Source: Psammoneis japonica (Eukaryota). Taken from it: a stretch of 64,000 bases of DNA. This document shows positions 1 through 12,227 of the stretch, one piece after another. Location: assembly GCA_008632985.1 (NCBI GenBank), contig QPGO01000065.1, positions 124,001 to 188,000 on the forward strand. Reading direction: 5' to 3'. Below the pieces are notes generated by a model. The model did no database searches. It was not told the DNA's origin and worked only from the letters and a program-made list of their open reading frames with translations. Within the stretch, counting starts at the first letter, position 1; each line of letters begins with the position of its first letter. Position numbers and translations under genes: made by a program.

Positions 1-37
1 TTCACTGTTCCGGCTGGGGGGAGGTCCTTCTGGCCAG

Positions 38-1660
38 GTGAAATGTTCGAGCCACTGCCAGTTGGTCTTCTCTTTCCGTTTGTTTCCTGCTGCCCTTGGC
101 AGCTTTGGGGAACCCCAAAAATGCATGCTGTGGACCGGTCCTTGCAACGAATGTGGCCGGACGCTGCGGTGGACGAAAGGCACATTCTGTGCAAATGTTG
201 TGCACAATGTGGGAATCTGGCCGGCATGTCGGAAGGTGTGGTGTCCAGGTTGTCATGCTTCGAGAAAAAGCACAACATTCCATCTGGGAGGGACCCTGAC
301 GGACGACCCTCAAAACGACGACGCCCAAATTCTCGGGGGTGACTGCCCATGGTTGGATGACAATGTTTGGTTTCGGAAGCCCCAGGACAAAAACAAGTTT
401 GTGCGTGCTCGGGTTGGAGACCATCTTGTGGTGGCATTTGAGTGCGATTCATGTGTCTTTCACAAGCTGTGCCAGAGGGAACCTGTGCCCACTTCACCTT
501 GAGACGAGGTTGCCCCAGCTTGTGTTCGGCGGGTTGTCTTGGATGCTTTTTGGAGCAGGGAGACCACTGTGGTTGAAGCGAATGCAGCAAAAGTTGGGCG
601 GGGCTTAACCCCATCTGAACGTCTGGGCCTGACGGGCCCTCACCTCGAACCAGGCCCGCTGCCGCCCCATGATCACTGTGGGTGCGAGGTCGTGATGCAG
701 ATCGTTTTAGCGTCGACGACTGCAGGGAAGCACTCGGAGTCGCATGCCCAATTTGATGCGATCCGAAAATTGCGCACTGCATGCTCGAATCAGGTGCGGG
801 CCTCTGCCCAGGCTAACTCACGAGCTTTGGCTTTGGGAGATTTGGAAGGAAAACAGTGTCTCCGGATGTGTGAAGACCCGCGCGCCTCACTTTGGTTCCA
901 ACGTTTTATGACCGGCTGCAAGAGATGGATGGGCCAAGACTGGAGACCCGACAGGGCGACATCAGTGGACATCATGCAACACCTCATGCCTCGGGTCGAG
1001 GAGAAGGCTCTCCGAGCCCCAGGGGAGGCTGATCGATTCATGTGCCTCACCTGTGGGTTGCACTTTGCGGCCAGCTACGTCTTGTCCCTCTGGGGCCCAG
1101 AAGGTCCACTCATGGACTTGGGCACACTGGCGACGCATCCACCAAGACATGCGGATTGTGCTGCAGTCCCTCTTTTGGGACGAGTGAAGGGAGAACACGG
1201 GGAGCGGCAGCACCTCCTCCCAAGTGTGAATGTGACTGGCTCAGGGATTGACCTTCGGTTTTGGGTGGAGACGGCAGCATCGTTGCACTGGGGTCGTCGA
1301 CGATCTCGCGGACCAGCCATGTCAGATGTGGACGGCAAAGTCTTGTCCACAAAAGACCTCAACACTTTTCTGCATGAAGTGCTGGGAGACATCTATGATG
1401 ACCACCCAAGCTTGTTCGCAGCTGACATCACCTCTGTTGCTGACACACAGGATAAATGCGACGTGAGCCGCTCGTTCCAGAGGGGATCTGACTCTCGCGC
1501 CATCGCTCAAAAGGCACCCGAAGATGACATCGACGTTGTCAACCATTGGAAAAGGAAGGAGAGGTCAGGGGCGGCCCGACCCACCCACAAAATGTGGCAA
1601 CACTGCGCCGACATTGCTCTTCTCTTGCCTTCGTTCCTGCAATGCACCAAGGCCATGTGA
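38..1660 (+). pseudogene. Tyrosine recombinase of the retroelement, inactivated
   Basis: ORFs 38-502 and 539-1660 are in the same frame, split by a TGA. Cys-rich N-terminus (CRKVWCPGC; GDHLVVAFECDSC). YR-like boxes: 'SLWGPEG' (R box), 'GRVKGE', 'SRSFQRG' (HSxRxG-like), 'NHW', and 'MWQHCAD', where the catalytic Tyr position reads Cys. Confidence 0.75.
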
Positions 1661-1774
1661 TTTGGGACGACCACAAGCCCTTGGTGTCTTTAGACTCCCG
1701 GAGAGCAGACTTCCATCTCCCTGCTCTCTGGTTCGATTTTTGGGGTGGCCACCACCCAGGATTCTCATCGGGGG

Positions 1775-2223
1775 GGATTGGAGCTCGGCCCGTCTCATTC
1801 GGCCTCGGGAGTCGATGAGACGAGGTCCAAGATTGCCGAGTGGCACAAGACCTTCGACGGCTTTAGTTTTCGTGCGGGAAAACTTGGTCTGGCGTGTCTT
1901 CGTTCGAGTTGGCCATTTGCTCTCAAAATTGCACCCAACGTTGCGAAATGCCAAAGGGAACAATTCTCGAGATTGGTCCTCGAAAACGCCCAAGGTGCCG
2001 CTGCCAGATCGGCTTTTCATGAGAGCCCCTGCATTGCTGCAGGACCCTGCGGAGGGTTTGGTTGTTTCCCATCCCCCCTTGCACGGAGCAGAGCTTGCAC
2101 CGGAAGCTTTACTCTGTGAGTCTCCCAAGCATCTTAATGAGTTGTCACTTCTTGGTGGTTCTTGACTGTGATCATCCAAGATCTAGTCCGCAGTGGCAGG
2201 TTGCAGAGTCTGTGCTCGGATCC
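1775..2223 (+). repeat. Direct repeat copy 1 (B1) of YR retroelement
   Basis: Aligns by eye over its length with 2484-2919. Confidence 0.9.
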
Positions 2224-2483
2224 TCCTCGCACCCAAGTTTAGATGGAGACGGACTGACTAGACTCAACCTCGCCCGATGACTGTGACCTCTCGCCTGATC
2301 CATTTCGGAAGTTGGGGACTTCCGGCTCAAGATCACCCAGTCAGTTTTCCGACTGTGACCGGTCTAACTTCGGTTTTCTCTTCTCCACTTTTCCAGCTTG
2401 ATTGGAGCAGGAACCCTGATCAACGTGACTGGATCACACAAGCCCAGAAAAGCAGTGTTCTTTTTACCCACCCACCACACCCA

Positions 2484-2919
2484 GGATTAGAGCTCGGCCC
2501 ATCTCATTCGGCCTCGGGAGTCGATGAGACGAGGTCCAAGATTGCCGAGTGGCACAAGACCTTCGACGGCTTTGGTTTTCGCGCGGGAAAACTTGGTCTG
2601 GCGTGTCTTCGTTCGAGTTGGCCATTTGCTCTCAAAATTGTACCCAACGTCGCGAAATGCCAAAGGGAACAATTCTCGAGATTGGTCCTTGAAAATGCCC
2701 AAGATCGGCTTTTCACAAGAGCCCCTGCATTGCTGCAGGACCCTGCGGAGGGTTTGGTTGTTTCCCATCCCCCCTTGTGCGGAGTGGAGCTTGCACCGGA
2801 AGCTCTACTCTATGAGTCTCCCAAGCATCTTAATGAGTTGTTACTTCTTAGTGGTTCTTGACTGTGATCATCCGAGATCTAGTCCGTAGCGGCAGGTTGC
2901 AGAGTCTATACTCGGATCC
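2484..2919 (+). repeat. Direct repeat copy 2 (B2) of YR retroelement
   Basis: Aligns with 1775-2223 apart from a short deletion; retains more TA sites than copy 1. Confidence 0.9.
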
Positions 2920-3212
2920 ACCCGAACATTTTTTTCACAGACAAACACGCTCACCGTTCTCGCGCGGAAACCGCTGTGCCCCAAATAGTGGCCATGTGTC
3001 AAAGGGTTATCTTCAGTTAGTCACGTTTCAAATTTGAAACTTGCTACCGAAGGTCGTACGTAGAATTCTACAAAGATTAAAGAATTGATATCCAGATTGA
3101 AGAAATTATATTATCATGAACAACGCACGATTGGCGATTGACACAAAACTTGAAAACGACTGAGCACGACACAACAGAAAAACGAAGACGACTTGTAGTC
3201 GTACGGCAGACA

Positions 3213-4486
3213 ATGGCCAAGGATTCCAAGCCACAGAGCAAGCCACGGAGAAAGAAGAAGACTAAAAAGGAGAGAGAAACGGCTGCGGAGATTGCCCGGG
3301 TAAAGAAGAATGCGACGAACACGCGATACAGACAGAGAGTGAAGAAAAAAAAAGAAGCGGCGGCCATGGCTGCTGCGTACGCCGCTATCTACGGACACTC
3401 TCAACGCCCTGCTGGTGATGGGCGGCCGCCGGCTTTTCCGGTCTCTGCTCCTCGACCGGCAATCGCCGCTTCTTACGGACATTCTCCATACCACGCTGGT
3501 GGTGGGCGGCCTCCAGTTTTGCCGATCTTAGCTCCTCGACCGACAATCGCCGTTCATGACGGATATTCTCCATACCCCGCTGGTGGTGGGCGGCCTCCGG
3601 TTTTGCCGCTCTTCGTTCCTCAGCCGGCAATCGCCGTTCATGACGGATATTATCCATACCCCGCTGGTGGTGGGCGGCCTCCGGTTTTGCCGCTCTTCGT
3701 TCCTCAGCCGGCAATCGCCGTTCATGACGGATATTATCCATACCCCGCTGGTGATGGGCGGCCTCCAGCTTTGCCGTTCTACGCTCATCAGTCGCCGCAA
3801 GTGAACACGACAGGCCGTCTTGGCACGCCTGTACCACCCGGTTCACCGGCGTTATCGGCGTCATCGGCCGACGTTATTGCAATGGCGAGTAACTTCGTGG
3901 ATACCGTCAACAACTTCGTCCTTTATGCCCGCGAGTGAGTCATTTCTGTGACTTGTGTTGCTTTGCTGTTATTTTCTGTCGATGTCTCTGACTGTTTTAT
4001 GCTTTTCGCGATGTGTTGTTCTTTCCACAATACAGCCTTGATCTGCCACAAAGTGTTGTGGTGCCGGTGGCTCAGCCTTTTGCCGCCGCCGCAAACCAGT
4101 CCAACAATTCTGGGCTGGCTTTTGGCGTGCCGAATACGTCGACTGGATCTGGTGGGACTGTGGTGGCCCCTCCTGCGGCAAATCAGCAGCCGCCTGCTCC
4201 TTTTGGTGGGACTATCGTGGCCCCTCCTCCTGTGGCTACTGATCTTTTTGGTGCTGCTGTTGCGGCCCCTCCTCCTGTGGCTACTGATCCTTTTGGTGGT
4301 ACTATGACGGCCCCTTCTGCGGCTAATCAGCCCCCGCCTGCTCCTTCGGGCTTCGGGGTCACAAACAATGCGCCACCGCCAGTTGCCGAAAGCGTCGTCA
4401 ACGACACAAACGGCTGCGTCATGTCTTATGGTGCCGGCGCTGGTGGGGCGGCTGTTTTACCTTCTGGTGCAATGGACAACAAGTAG
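3213..4486 (+). CDS. Two-exon hypothetical low-complexity protein (basic N-terminus, 28-aa Pro/Gly/Tyr repeats, PPAPFGG-type tail); exons 3213-3934 and 4036-4486
   Basis: GTGAGT donor at 3935 and ...TACAG acceptor at 4035 join ORF 3138-3938 in frame to ORF 4013-4486. The same intron position is conserved in the paralogues at ~11.9 kb and ~41.4 kb. Confidence 0.55.
3388..3790 (+). repeat. 84-bp coding tandem repeat, ~5 units
   Basis: 'cgttcatgacggatatt' recurs at 3551, 3635 and 3719; protein unit YPYPAGGGRPPVLPLFVPQPAIAVHDGY. Confidence 0.9.
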
Positions 4487-5682
4487 TGGCTATAACACGG
4501 GAGACACGACAACGTGCATCATATATGGGTATTGCTATTTTGAAATTGTTACTTCTACAAACACCATAGAAGCTAAAAAATACTAGACCTAGATTTTATG
4601 AAAGACTGAGACGCAGCTAGTTGCAACGTGTGATCCTTTGTTCGGACGAAACGCACAGTTTATAATAAAGGTGGTGACTACGACACAGCCAAGAGAATGT
4701 CTTACGCGAAAAGAGAAGTGAAACATCCTCATCAGCCCATACCTGAGGTATCTGCATGTCTGAATTGTCCATCTGAGAAGGTCTACATTAAAATATTTAT
4801 GTGCTTCTCCTCGGAGGTATGGAATAAATTGTAGGGCCGTACGCACAAATCCGTTTGTTGGATGGAGAACATTCTTGGGGATGTTCACGATCTGGAAGAT
4901 AGACAAGGAAGACGAATCAATCACTCAGCCAGCTGCGAGTAAGCATGTTTTCATGAACGGTAGATCGATCGACCCGACACGTTCTCACGTGCTTCCTCTT
5001 TTCGCAGTCCATGCTTTCATGAACGCTGCATGCATAGGTAGTTCACTAGCCGCCGCCCTGTCCATTGCCGCGTTGCTGCCATACATGAATGGCTCGTAAG
5101 TAGTAGCCATTCACGCGGTGGCGCGGCTATCTATACGCCTAACTCATTTGACCTCTTCGACGACATAGAACAAAGAGTGTTCCGGCTTGCACCTGCATGG
5201 CATCAATAAGCAGAGAAAGGCATTCTTCGGCGGACAACGAAGCATAAATAATGAAACTACCCGCTAGCGACGAATCAATCTTGGGACATTCCGAATACAA
5301 ATCCAGCTTACCACGTTGTTGCGATCACGGCTGTGAAATATTGATGGTTTTCTCACGGCTTATGGCGTCGCCACCCGTTTGGAATCAATTTCCATTTTCA
5401 ATTTCCATTGGTTTGGATGATGCTCTGGGAGAAGTAGTTGGAGTAGAACTTGTCGTATTGCTACGACTCAGTGTCGTTTTTGCTCTCGGAGTTGGAGCAT
5501 ATCCTTGCTGTTGGCGTAACCCGTGTGTTGCGTGCACGGCCTGCGTTAGGCCGTCGAAGACGAGGTGGAGTAGACGAAACGAGTAGAGTGACGAATTCTT
5601 TATGTGCTTGTGTTGCAATTGAAATGTAACAGAAACACAAAGATCGTCTAGAGTGTTGGAAGGTAAAGCGAGAGCTTGTTGG

Positions 5683-5712
5683 CAACAACAACAACAACAA
5701 CAACAACAACAA
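5683..5712 (+). repeat. (CAA)10 microsatellite
   Basis: Directly visible. Confidence 0.95.
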
Positions 5713-8700
5713 GAGTGGTTGTTGTTGATGTTGAGAGCAGCAATCGAATTTGATGCATGAACGTGGCGAGATTCCAAAGTGGCTTGGATGGCTTTGCGAG
5801 AGCCAACACAACACGTGGCAAATGTTGCCATGATGCAGGAAAAGAGTTGTTCCGAGATATCGGAAACGCGGTCTCTTATCAGTGTCTTTGTTCCGTTCAA
5901 TCAAGGAGACAACTCCGACGGTGAAGTACTAGCACCCGGTGCACAACACTCCGCGGTATTTGGCAGCTGTGAGGAACTGAGAAGATACTACCTTGTCGCT
6001 CTCAAGACTCTGGAGCAAGAAGGATGCTTCCTCTTTCTCACGAGTAACCAAGTACCTCGAAGCGAAATCAAAAAAATCAACGTCTACCTCTGGATGAGTC
6101 GGAGGGTCTCCGACCGAATCATTATGAGTCGTAAAATTCTCCTCAGCGGCGGTGGCAGCGAACATTGCTTCTGCTTGAGTCTAAGTCTGATTCCATATCT
6201 TCTGTTCCACTCACGCTCGTTAATACCTCCCCGTTCTCTTCAAGGCTCCCTGATAATTAAGTGATCGTGAAGTTGTACCCTGCTGTTGCGAAGGTGGCTG
6301 GGGAGGGAGAGGGGGTGAAAATGCGTGGCAAAGTTCGCGTCCCTGGCGACTTTCCTGCCTTTTCGAGGCTCTGTGCCGAGACTAATGTTGTAGACCTCAC
6401 ACCAGCTATGGCGACGCCAGAGAGAGAAAGAAGAAAATCTCCCTTAGCGCTGCTACCGGTAGAGGCTAATGAAGGATCCATCGCACTCTTACTCGAAAGT
6501 ATCCGTCCTGCCTATTCAAGAAGTGCCGCCAAGACACTTATGGCAGAGTTCTTAACTGCGGTCGTGGGAGCCACCAAGCGGAGGAAGCGACGCACGTTCT
6601 GTGTCCAAAGGCCTGTCTGTGTCACTCTCGCTAGCAGCTGCCGTACCTTTTCAAGACGTATTTCAGATGCAGCTACTCGAGTATCTTTGATTCGATACAG
6701 CTACTGCAAGCCTAGTTTGTGGCAAAAACGCACGTTCCAAGACCATCCTGTGTCCACAGAATTATCCGCTGCGCTCTCTCTTGATACCGGTAGTATCTGC
6801 CTTGCCTATTCAAGGCTGGCCGCCGAGACAAGTATTGCAGCATTCTTACCAGAACTCGAACACCCGACAAACGGAGGAACGGATGCGTTTTTCTTGGCGA
6901 TACTCGTGTCCGAAGGCCTCTCTATGAGACTCCTTATCGCTGGCAGTTGTTGTGTATTCTGGAAAGTCGATACAGATACAGGCATCTTTAACTTCTTTCC
7001 ACCTGTTGCAAATCCCGTTTATGGCGACAGGGGTGCGCATTCAAGGTTCCGCTTGAGTCCAGAGAAGTCTCAGTGGCGCTATTTCCAGCTAGTAGCTGCC
7101 CTGCCTGTACGATACTCACCACCGATACACTCAATAGCTTCTTACAATATGTCGCAAAGCCAAGAATCATTGGTAGGGCTGGGCGTTTCGTGGGGCGGCA
7201 GCGGCCAACTTATGCTCGGAATGGGCATCAGAGGAATCAAGGTGGTCGCCTGCAGAAGCTTTCCTTCCTTGCAGATGCGGGGCAGTACGTTTCGCCCCAT
7301 AACTGGTAGTCGGTCGTACTTGCACGGTTTGCAACAGTAGCTTCCCTACGTCCTTCATGACCTCGGACGATGCGATTTGCCGTTTGTGCTCTTGCTAGCC
7401 TGAATTTGTTCTGCACGCTTCGTTCTCTCTGCTAAGAGTAATGTTCTAGACTTCTTGCAGTTTGCCATAAAGAATGGGGCGAAGGAGAGCTGCTTTCGTG
7501 CCTTGGCTATTGGTTGGACTGATGGAGGTGCGGGGTGCTCAGACTTGTTCTCCTTGGGAGGGTTGGGTTGTGGCAATTTTTTTTTAGCATCTGTCCTTTT
7601 GTTCTCAAAAAATGGCTGGCTTTCGCGAGGCTCTTGGCAGAAACACGAGTGTTGAACTGTCGATCCGCGGGTGAAAAGAAGCATGGTCCCAGCGATGCGT
7701 CGTCGATCGTAGCTGCCGTTGTATCTTTATCATTTTCACTTGCCGCCTCCAAACACTCCTTGGCTATGTTCGATGTCCTCTGGATGATGTTTGCGGTTGA
7801 TTCTCGACTTTTCGCATGCTCATTGATCTTTGCGATCTCGATTGAGTTTAGCCCCTATGTGTTATTCATTGCAGTCTCGTCTACGCTACTGGGAGCATGC
7901 CGTTGTAATTGTTGAGTAGCTGCACGTTTCTGAGTCGTTCGTACACTGCGGTAGATTTTTAGTTTCGGTATCGACATTCGTCGGCTCTTGCTAACGACTC
8001 TTTGTTACTTTGTGATAACTCAAAATCATGTTCATCCAAGCACTGCTTAAAATGTGTTACTTGCGTATAGACAAAGCTGTTGTCCGACTGCTGGGCAAAG
8101 CCTTGAGACATGCTCCCGCCGACTTGTGAAGATTCATTCTCCGAATCCTCATTTATTATCGGAACCATCGCGGAGCTATATTGTTGATCCACCTCCTCGA
8201 TCTGTCAAGCTTTGAGGACAAAGGCGAGGCATGGCTTTTCGATCGAGATGCGCCCTAGGTACATTCTGGCTCGCGATAAAGAAAGCTCGAGTCTGTCATA
8301 GTCAAGTCGATCCTTTGTTGCATTGCTGCTAAAACTGAAAGAGCACTTCTCTCTCACGAAGACATGGTTGCAGCAACAGAAGAATCGTCAAGCTGCATCT
8401 CGGACATGCCAGCAAAAGGAGGATCCCGTTCATCCATCCGCAGGGTGGACGGCAAAGATTTGGATTTCAAAGCTCCAGATTTTGCGAGTAGCTGCCACAT
8501 CCCCCCCCCCCCAACACTTTCTTAACGCAAGTATTGAAATACAGACTGTCCTGGGGTGCTTGCTCCAGGTCTGTCAAAACCTTGCTGTAATGACTCCGAT
8601 GGAGCCTTGATAGAGATTCGGCAATGGTTGATGATGGCTTGGCCACTGAGTTCCACTCTAGCCATGTCCTCGTCCATATTCAGGGGTTCGCCATCATTAT

Positions 8701-9344
8701 CGATCCGTGGCAAAGTGGTTGCTTCTTGGTGAGCGTTCTCTGTCGTTACAGAGTGTTGCACGCTGACGCGTTCTCCAAGAGGAATGGACCCACATCGAAG
8801 ATGGAGAAACGTCCGTTGTCGTGGTGGTGACTGATTTGGATTGGAGATTTCGCATCGAGTTTCGACGTAGGGCTTGTCTAGCCGTACTGCATTATTTGAT
8901 AGAGCGGCGGAATCTGAGTTAGTACCAGTATCAGCCCATGAAGCTCTAGTCGTCTCCTCGTCTACTAGAGTAGCTGCACTTCAGTGTTTGGGTCAGATGG
9001 GCCGACCGCTTCGTTCTGTACGACAAATCGCGATTGAAAGTCGGTATCATTCACCAAACCGGTATATGTCTCTTGATACTGTGATATCTGTTAAGGGTTG
9101 AATTTTCGGTAAGAACTGTGACGCGTGCTGGATTGCCGCTCCTGTCGCCATGGGTGGCATTGCTTCTTGAGTTGAAGGAGTAGGCCGCGACGAGGCAGTT
9201 TCATTCATATTTATGGCGCTTGGACGGTGTGGTCGAGCGTCAAATTACCGTAAGGAGAGGATCGTGCTGAGTAATCGGTAGTCGCGAGGATTCGTCAGTC
9301 GTCAACCAAGACAACAAGAAACGCGATTGTGCCGTTGATATGCT

Positions 9345-9512
9345 CTACCGGTACTACTACTCTAGCTAGCTACTAGCTACTAGTAGCTACTACTCTCTAG
9401 AGTACAATTGCTAGAGTAGTAGTGGTTGCTAGCTAGCTACTACTCTCTATACTCTCTAGAGCTCTGTAAGTAGTAGGGAGAGTAGCTACCGGTAAGAGTA
9501 GAGTATGTAGCC
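9345..9512. repeat. Low-complexity CTA/TAG/CTAG patchwork, absent from the homologous position in the right arm
   Basis: Sequence built from ctac/gtag/ctag/tagc words. The right arm at ~43550-43590 joins the two flanks directly. Confidence 0.8.
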
Positions 9513-11224
9513 TTACACGACCAACACACGACTCAGTCTAACACACACGACTAACACACACGACTAACACGTGACACCACGACCTCGGATCTGGACCGCG
9601 ATGCGTACGGTATTCTCTGATTCTTCAGTCGAATTATCCCAACGTTCTCTTGGGTTGATTGCTGTTCCCTGTTCCAATCGTTTTTATTGAATCAGCAACA
9701 TAGTATGGTTGCGAAACAGGGCGACAGGTTCGCCCGTATAGCACTGCGGTGTTGGGAAACCGCAAGAAGCTTTCCACGGTGGCATTGTGCAGCAGCGAGC
9801 GCTTATGGCAATGCTCGATGTATGCAAGCCACTGTTTTCACATGACTGAAAAAACTTGAACTATTCTGGGCACAGCAGAACGTTGGTCCTACCTGAACGT
9901 GCCTTTTCTATACAAGAAGGCCAATTCTTGTCAATTGATTACATTATGTACCAAAATCAACGATAGGGAAGACCCTCGGGGTGATGCGATCCTCATCGAG
10001 ATAAAGCGAATTCGATAGAGTTTTGATTGACACGAGTTACGTTAATTATTTGAGGTAATGTCACCGAGAAAAATTGATTTGATAATGAAGGGCTGAAAGA
10101 CGGTGATTTGTTGCTGGATGTGTGCGCACGTATTGGTTGCTATGCTCTTCCGGATCTGATCAATAGAGCAAGGCATTTCACGTTGTCGCTTGTGAGTGGA
10201 ACCCACATGCTGCGTTTGCCCTTAAGCAGCACAACCTTTAACAAAATTGGTGTGGCGGATAGGGCAACAGTGCACGTGAGGGGTTGTCGGCATCTCGCTC
10301 GACAACACGATGGCTGGTCGACAAGTTTGATCGAGTCAGTCTTGGACTACTCCCGAGTAGTGAGGGCGGCTGGAGAACAGCTGCCAGGGTCTAGCATCAT
10401 GATGCCGGATAGGTTGGATTCATGTCCACGGGAATGTACTAGATTCTAAAGCACCTCAATGGCAGCAATGCATGTGTTGTTGTCTTGCCGTTCTAGTGGG
10501 GAAGGATCCCGCCAATTTACATCGAAATGAGTGGATTGTTCTTTGCAACCACGTTGAGAGGGCCGAGCCATAGCCCCCCCAAAAAAATCCACCATTGTGC
10601 AGCGGATGTAGAATGGCTAGGATCACCCAGAGAAGCTTTGTCCCTTGCCCCACTGAAAAAGCCCATCGTGTTCAATCAGTGCCTCTGGTGCATTGAACCA
10701 CAGAGTTGACTTGAACGATGGATTGCGGATAGGTTTCTTTTGCATTTGATGTTTGCGGAAAGCCCTCTCTGGAGATAGAGATTGGATAGTCTCTAGAGAT
10801 AGAGATTGGATAGTTCAAGCTCTGCCTAGTTGGGGGAAGTCCAAGTAGGTAGCCGCTCGTCTGGTCGATAGCCAGCGAGAGAGAGAGAGAGAGAGAGGGT
10901 AGCCCATTATGGCTGGCGAGAGCTGTTACAAGTAGGCTGGTTGATAGCGATAATAGTTCTGCTAATCCCGTTGGTACCATTGAATTTGGATCTTCATTCG
11001 TAACTGCTGTAAAACTATCATTTCACAAAACCTCTAGGTCTATTTTTTCTTATTCTACGATATTGTAGCTACTGCAAAAATAACAATACCTTGGTATTGG
11101 GTCTGATTCTTTGTAGTGCAAAAATAACAATACCTGGGTCTTGGTTCTTTGTTATTGCGTGGCGGTACAATCTGGCACAGTGGCAGAACGCCTTGCAAAA
11201 ATACTTGGCAACACCATCCTCTAC

Positions 11225-12227
11225 TTACTCCGACTTGAACTTGTTGGTAGTAGGAGAACAGTCCATATCCTCCACATCAGTGCCAGCGCCGTGCGCAGAA
11301 TTACCAGAACCACCAAAGAGGTTGGCAGGGGGCGAACCAAAAGCATTCGCGCCCCCCGAAGCAGCTCCAGAGCCCGACTGGTTGTCCATGTCAGCAAAAG
11401 GTAGGACAACCGTCCCACCAGCGCCGGCACCATATGACAACACGCCGCCGTTGATGGCGTTGACAACGCTTTCGTCCAATGGCGGTGGCGCATTGTTTGC
11501 GACCCCAAAGCCCGAAGAAGCAGCTGGGGGCTGGTTGGCCGCAGGAGGGGTCGCCATAGCACCACCAAAAGGAGCAGGCGGCTGCTGATAAGTCGCAGCA
11601 GGAGGGGCCGCCATAGTCCCACCAAAAGGAGCAGGCGGCTGCTGATTAGTCGCAGCAGGAGGGGCCGCCATAGTCCCACCAAAAGGAGCAGGCGGCTGCT
11701 GATTAGTCGCAGCAGGAGGGGCCGCCATAGTCCCACCAGATCCAGTCGACGTACTCGGCACGCCAAAAGCCAGCCCAGAATTGTTGGACTGGTTTGCGGC
11801 GGCGGCAAAAGGCTGAGCCACCGTAGCTGGTTGATTGGCCGCCGGCACCGCAATGGTGGGTGGCAGATCAATGCTGTATCGTGGAAAGAACGACACGGCG
11901 CGAAAAGCATAAAACAGTCAGAGACATCGACAAAAAATACAGCAAAGCAACACAAGTCACAGAAATGACTTACTCGCGGGCATAAAGGACGGAGTTGTTG
12001 ACGGTATCCACGAGGTTACTCGTCATTGAAATAACGTCGGCCGATGACGCAGATAACGCCGGTGAACCGGGTGGTAAAACCACACGAGGCGTGCCAAGAC
12101 GGCCCGGCGTTGATTGATGATTGTTCACCTGCGGCGGGTGAGCAGGAGTGGAGAACGGCGATGCCGGAGGCCGTCCATTGCCAGCAGAGCGGCCAGGGGT
12201 GCTGAAGGGAGTCTGGTTCGTGTTCAT
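11225..12227 (-). CDS. Paralogue of the PPAPFGG low-complexity protein (two exons, 57-bp coding repeats)
   Basis: ORFs 11970-12227 and 11225-11896 resemble 3830-4486; GTAAGT donor after ...YARE; three MAAPPAATNQQPPAPFGGT-like units. Confidence 0.5.

Larger units (their letters stand above)
1..2919 (+). mobile_element. 3' part of a tyrosine-recombinase retrotransposon (DIRS order, Ngaro-like split direct repeats); 5' end outside window; TA-hypermutated
   Basis: YR coding region followed by two ~440-bp direct repeats (1775-2223, 2484-2919) separated by a ~260-bp spacer, matching the B1-A2-B2 3' arrangement known for Ngaro elements. Confidence 0.7.

Noticed and set aside
3388..3790. CRISPR-like regular repeats
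   Set aside because: Contiguous coding tandem repeats without unique spacers; eukaryotic context; no cas genes.
6261..7340. 359-aa plus-strand ORF (and its 326-aa partner 45631-46611)
   Set aside because: No domain; starts and ends differ between copies; may be the antisense shadow of a degenerate minus-strand gene.
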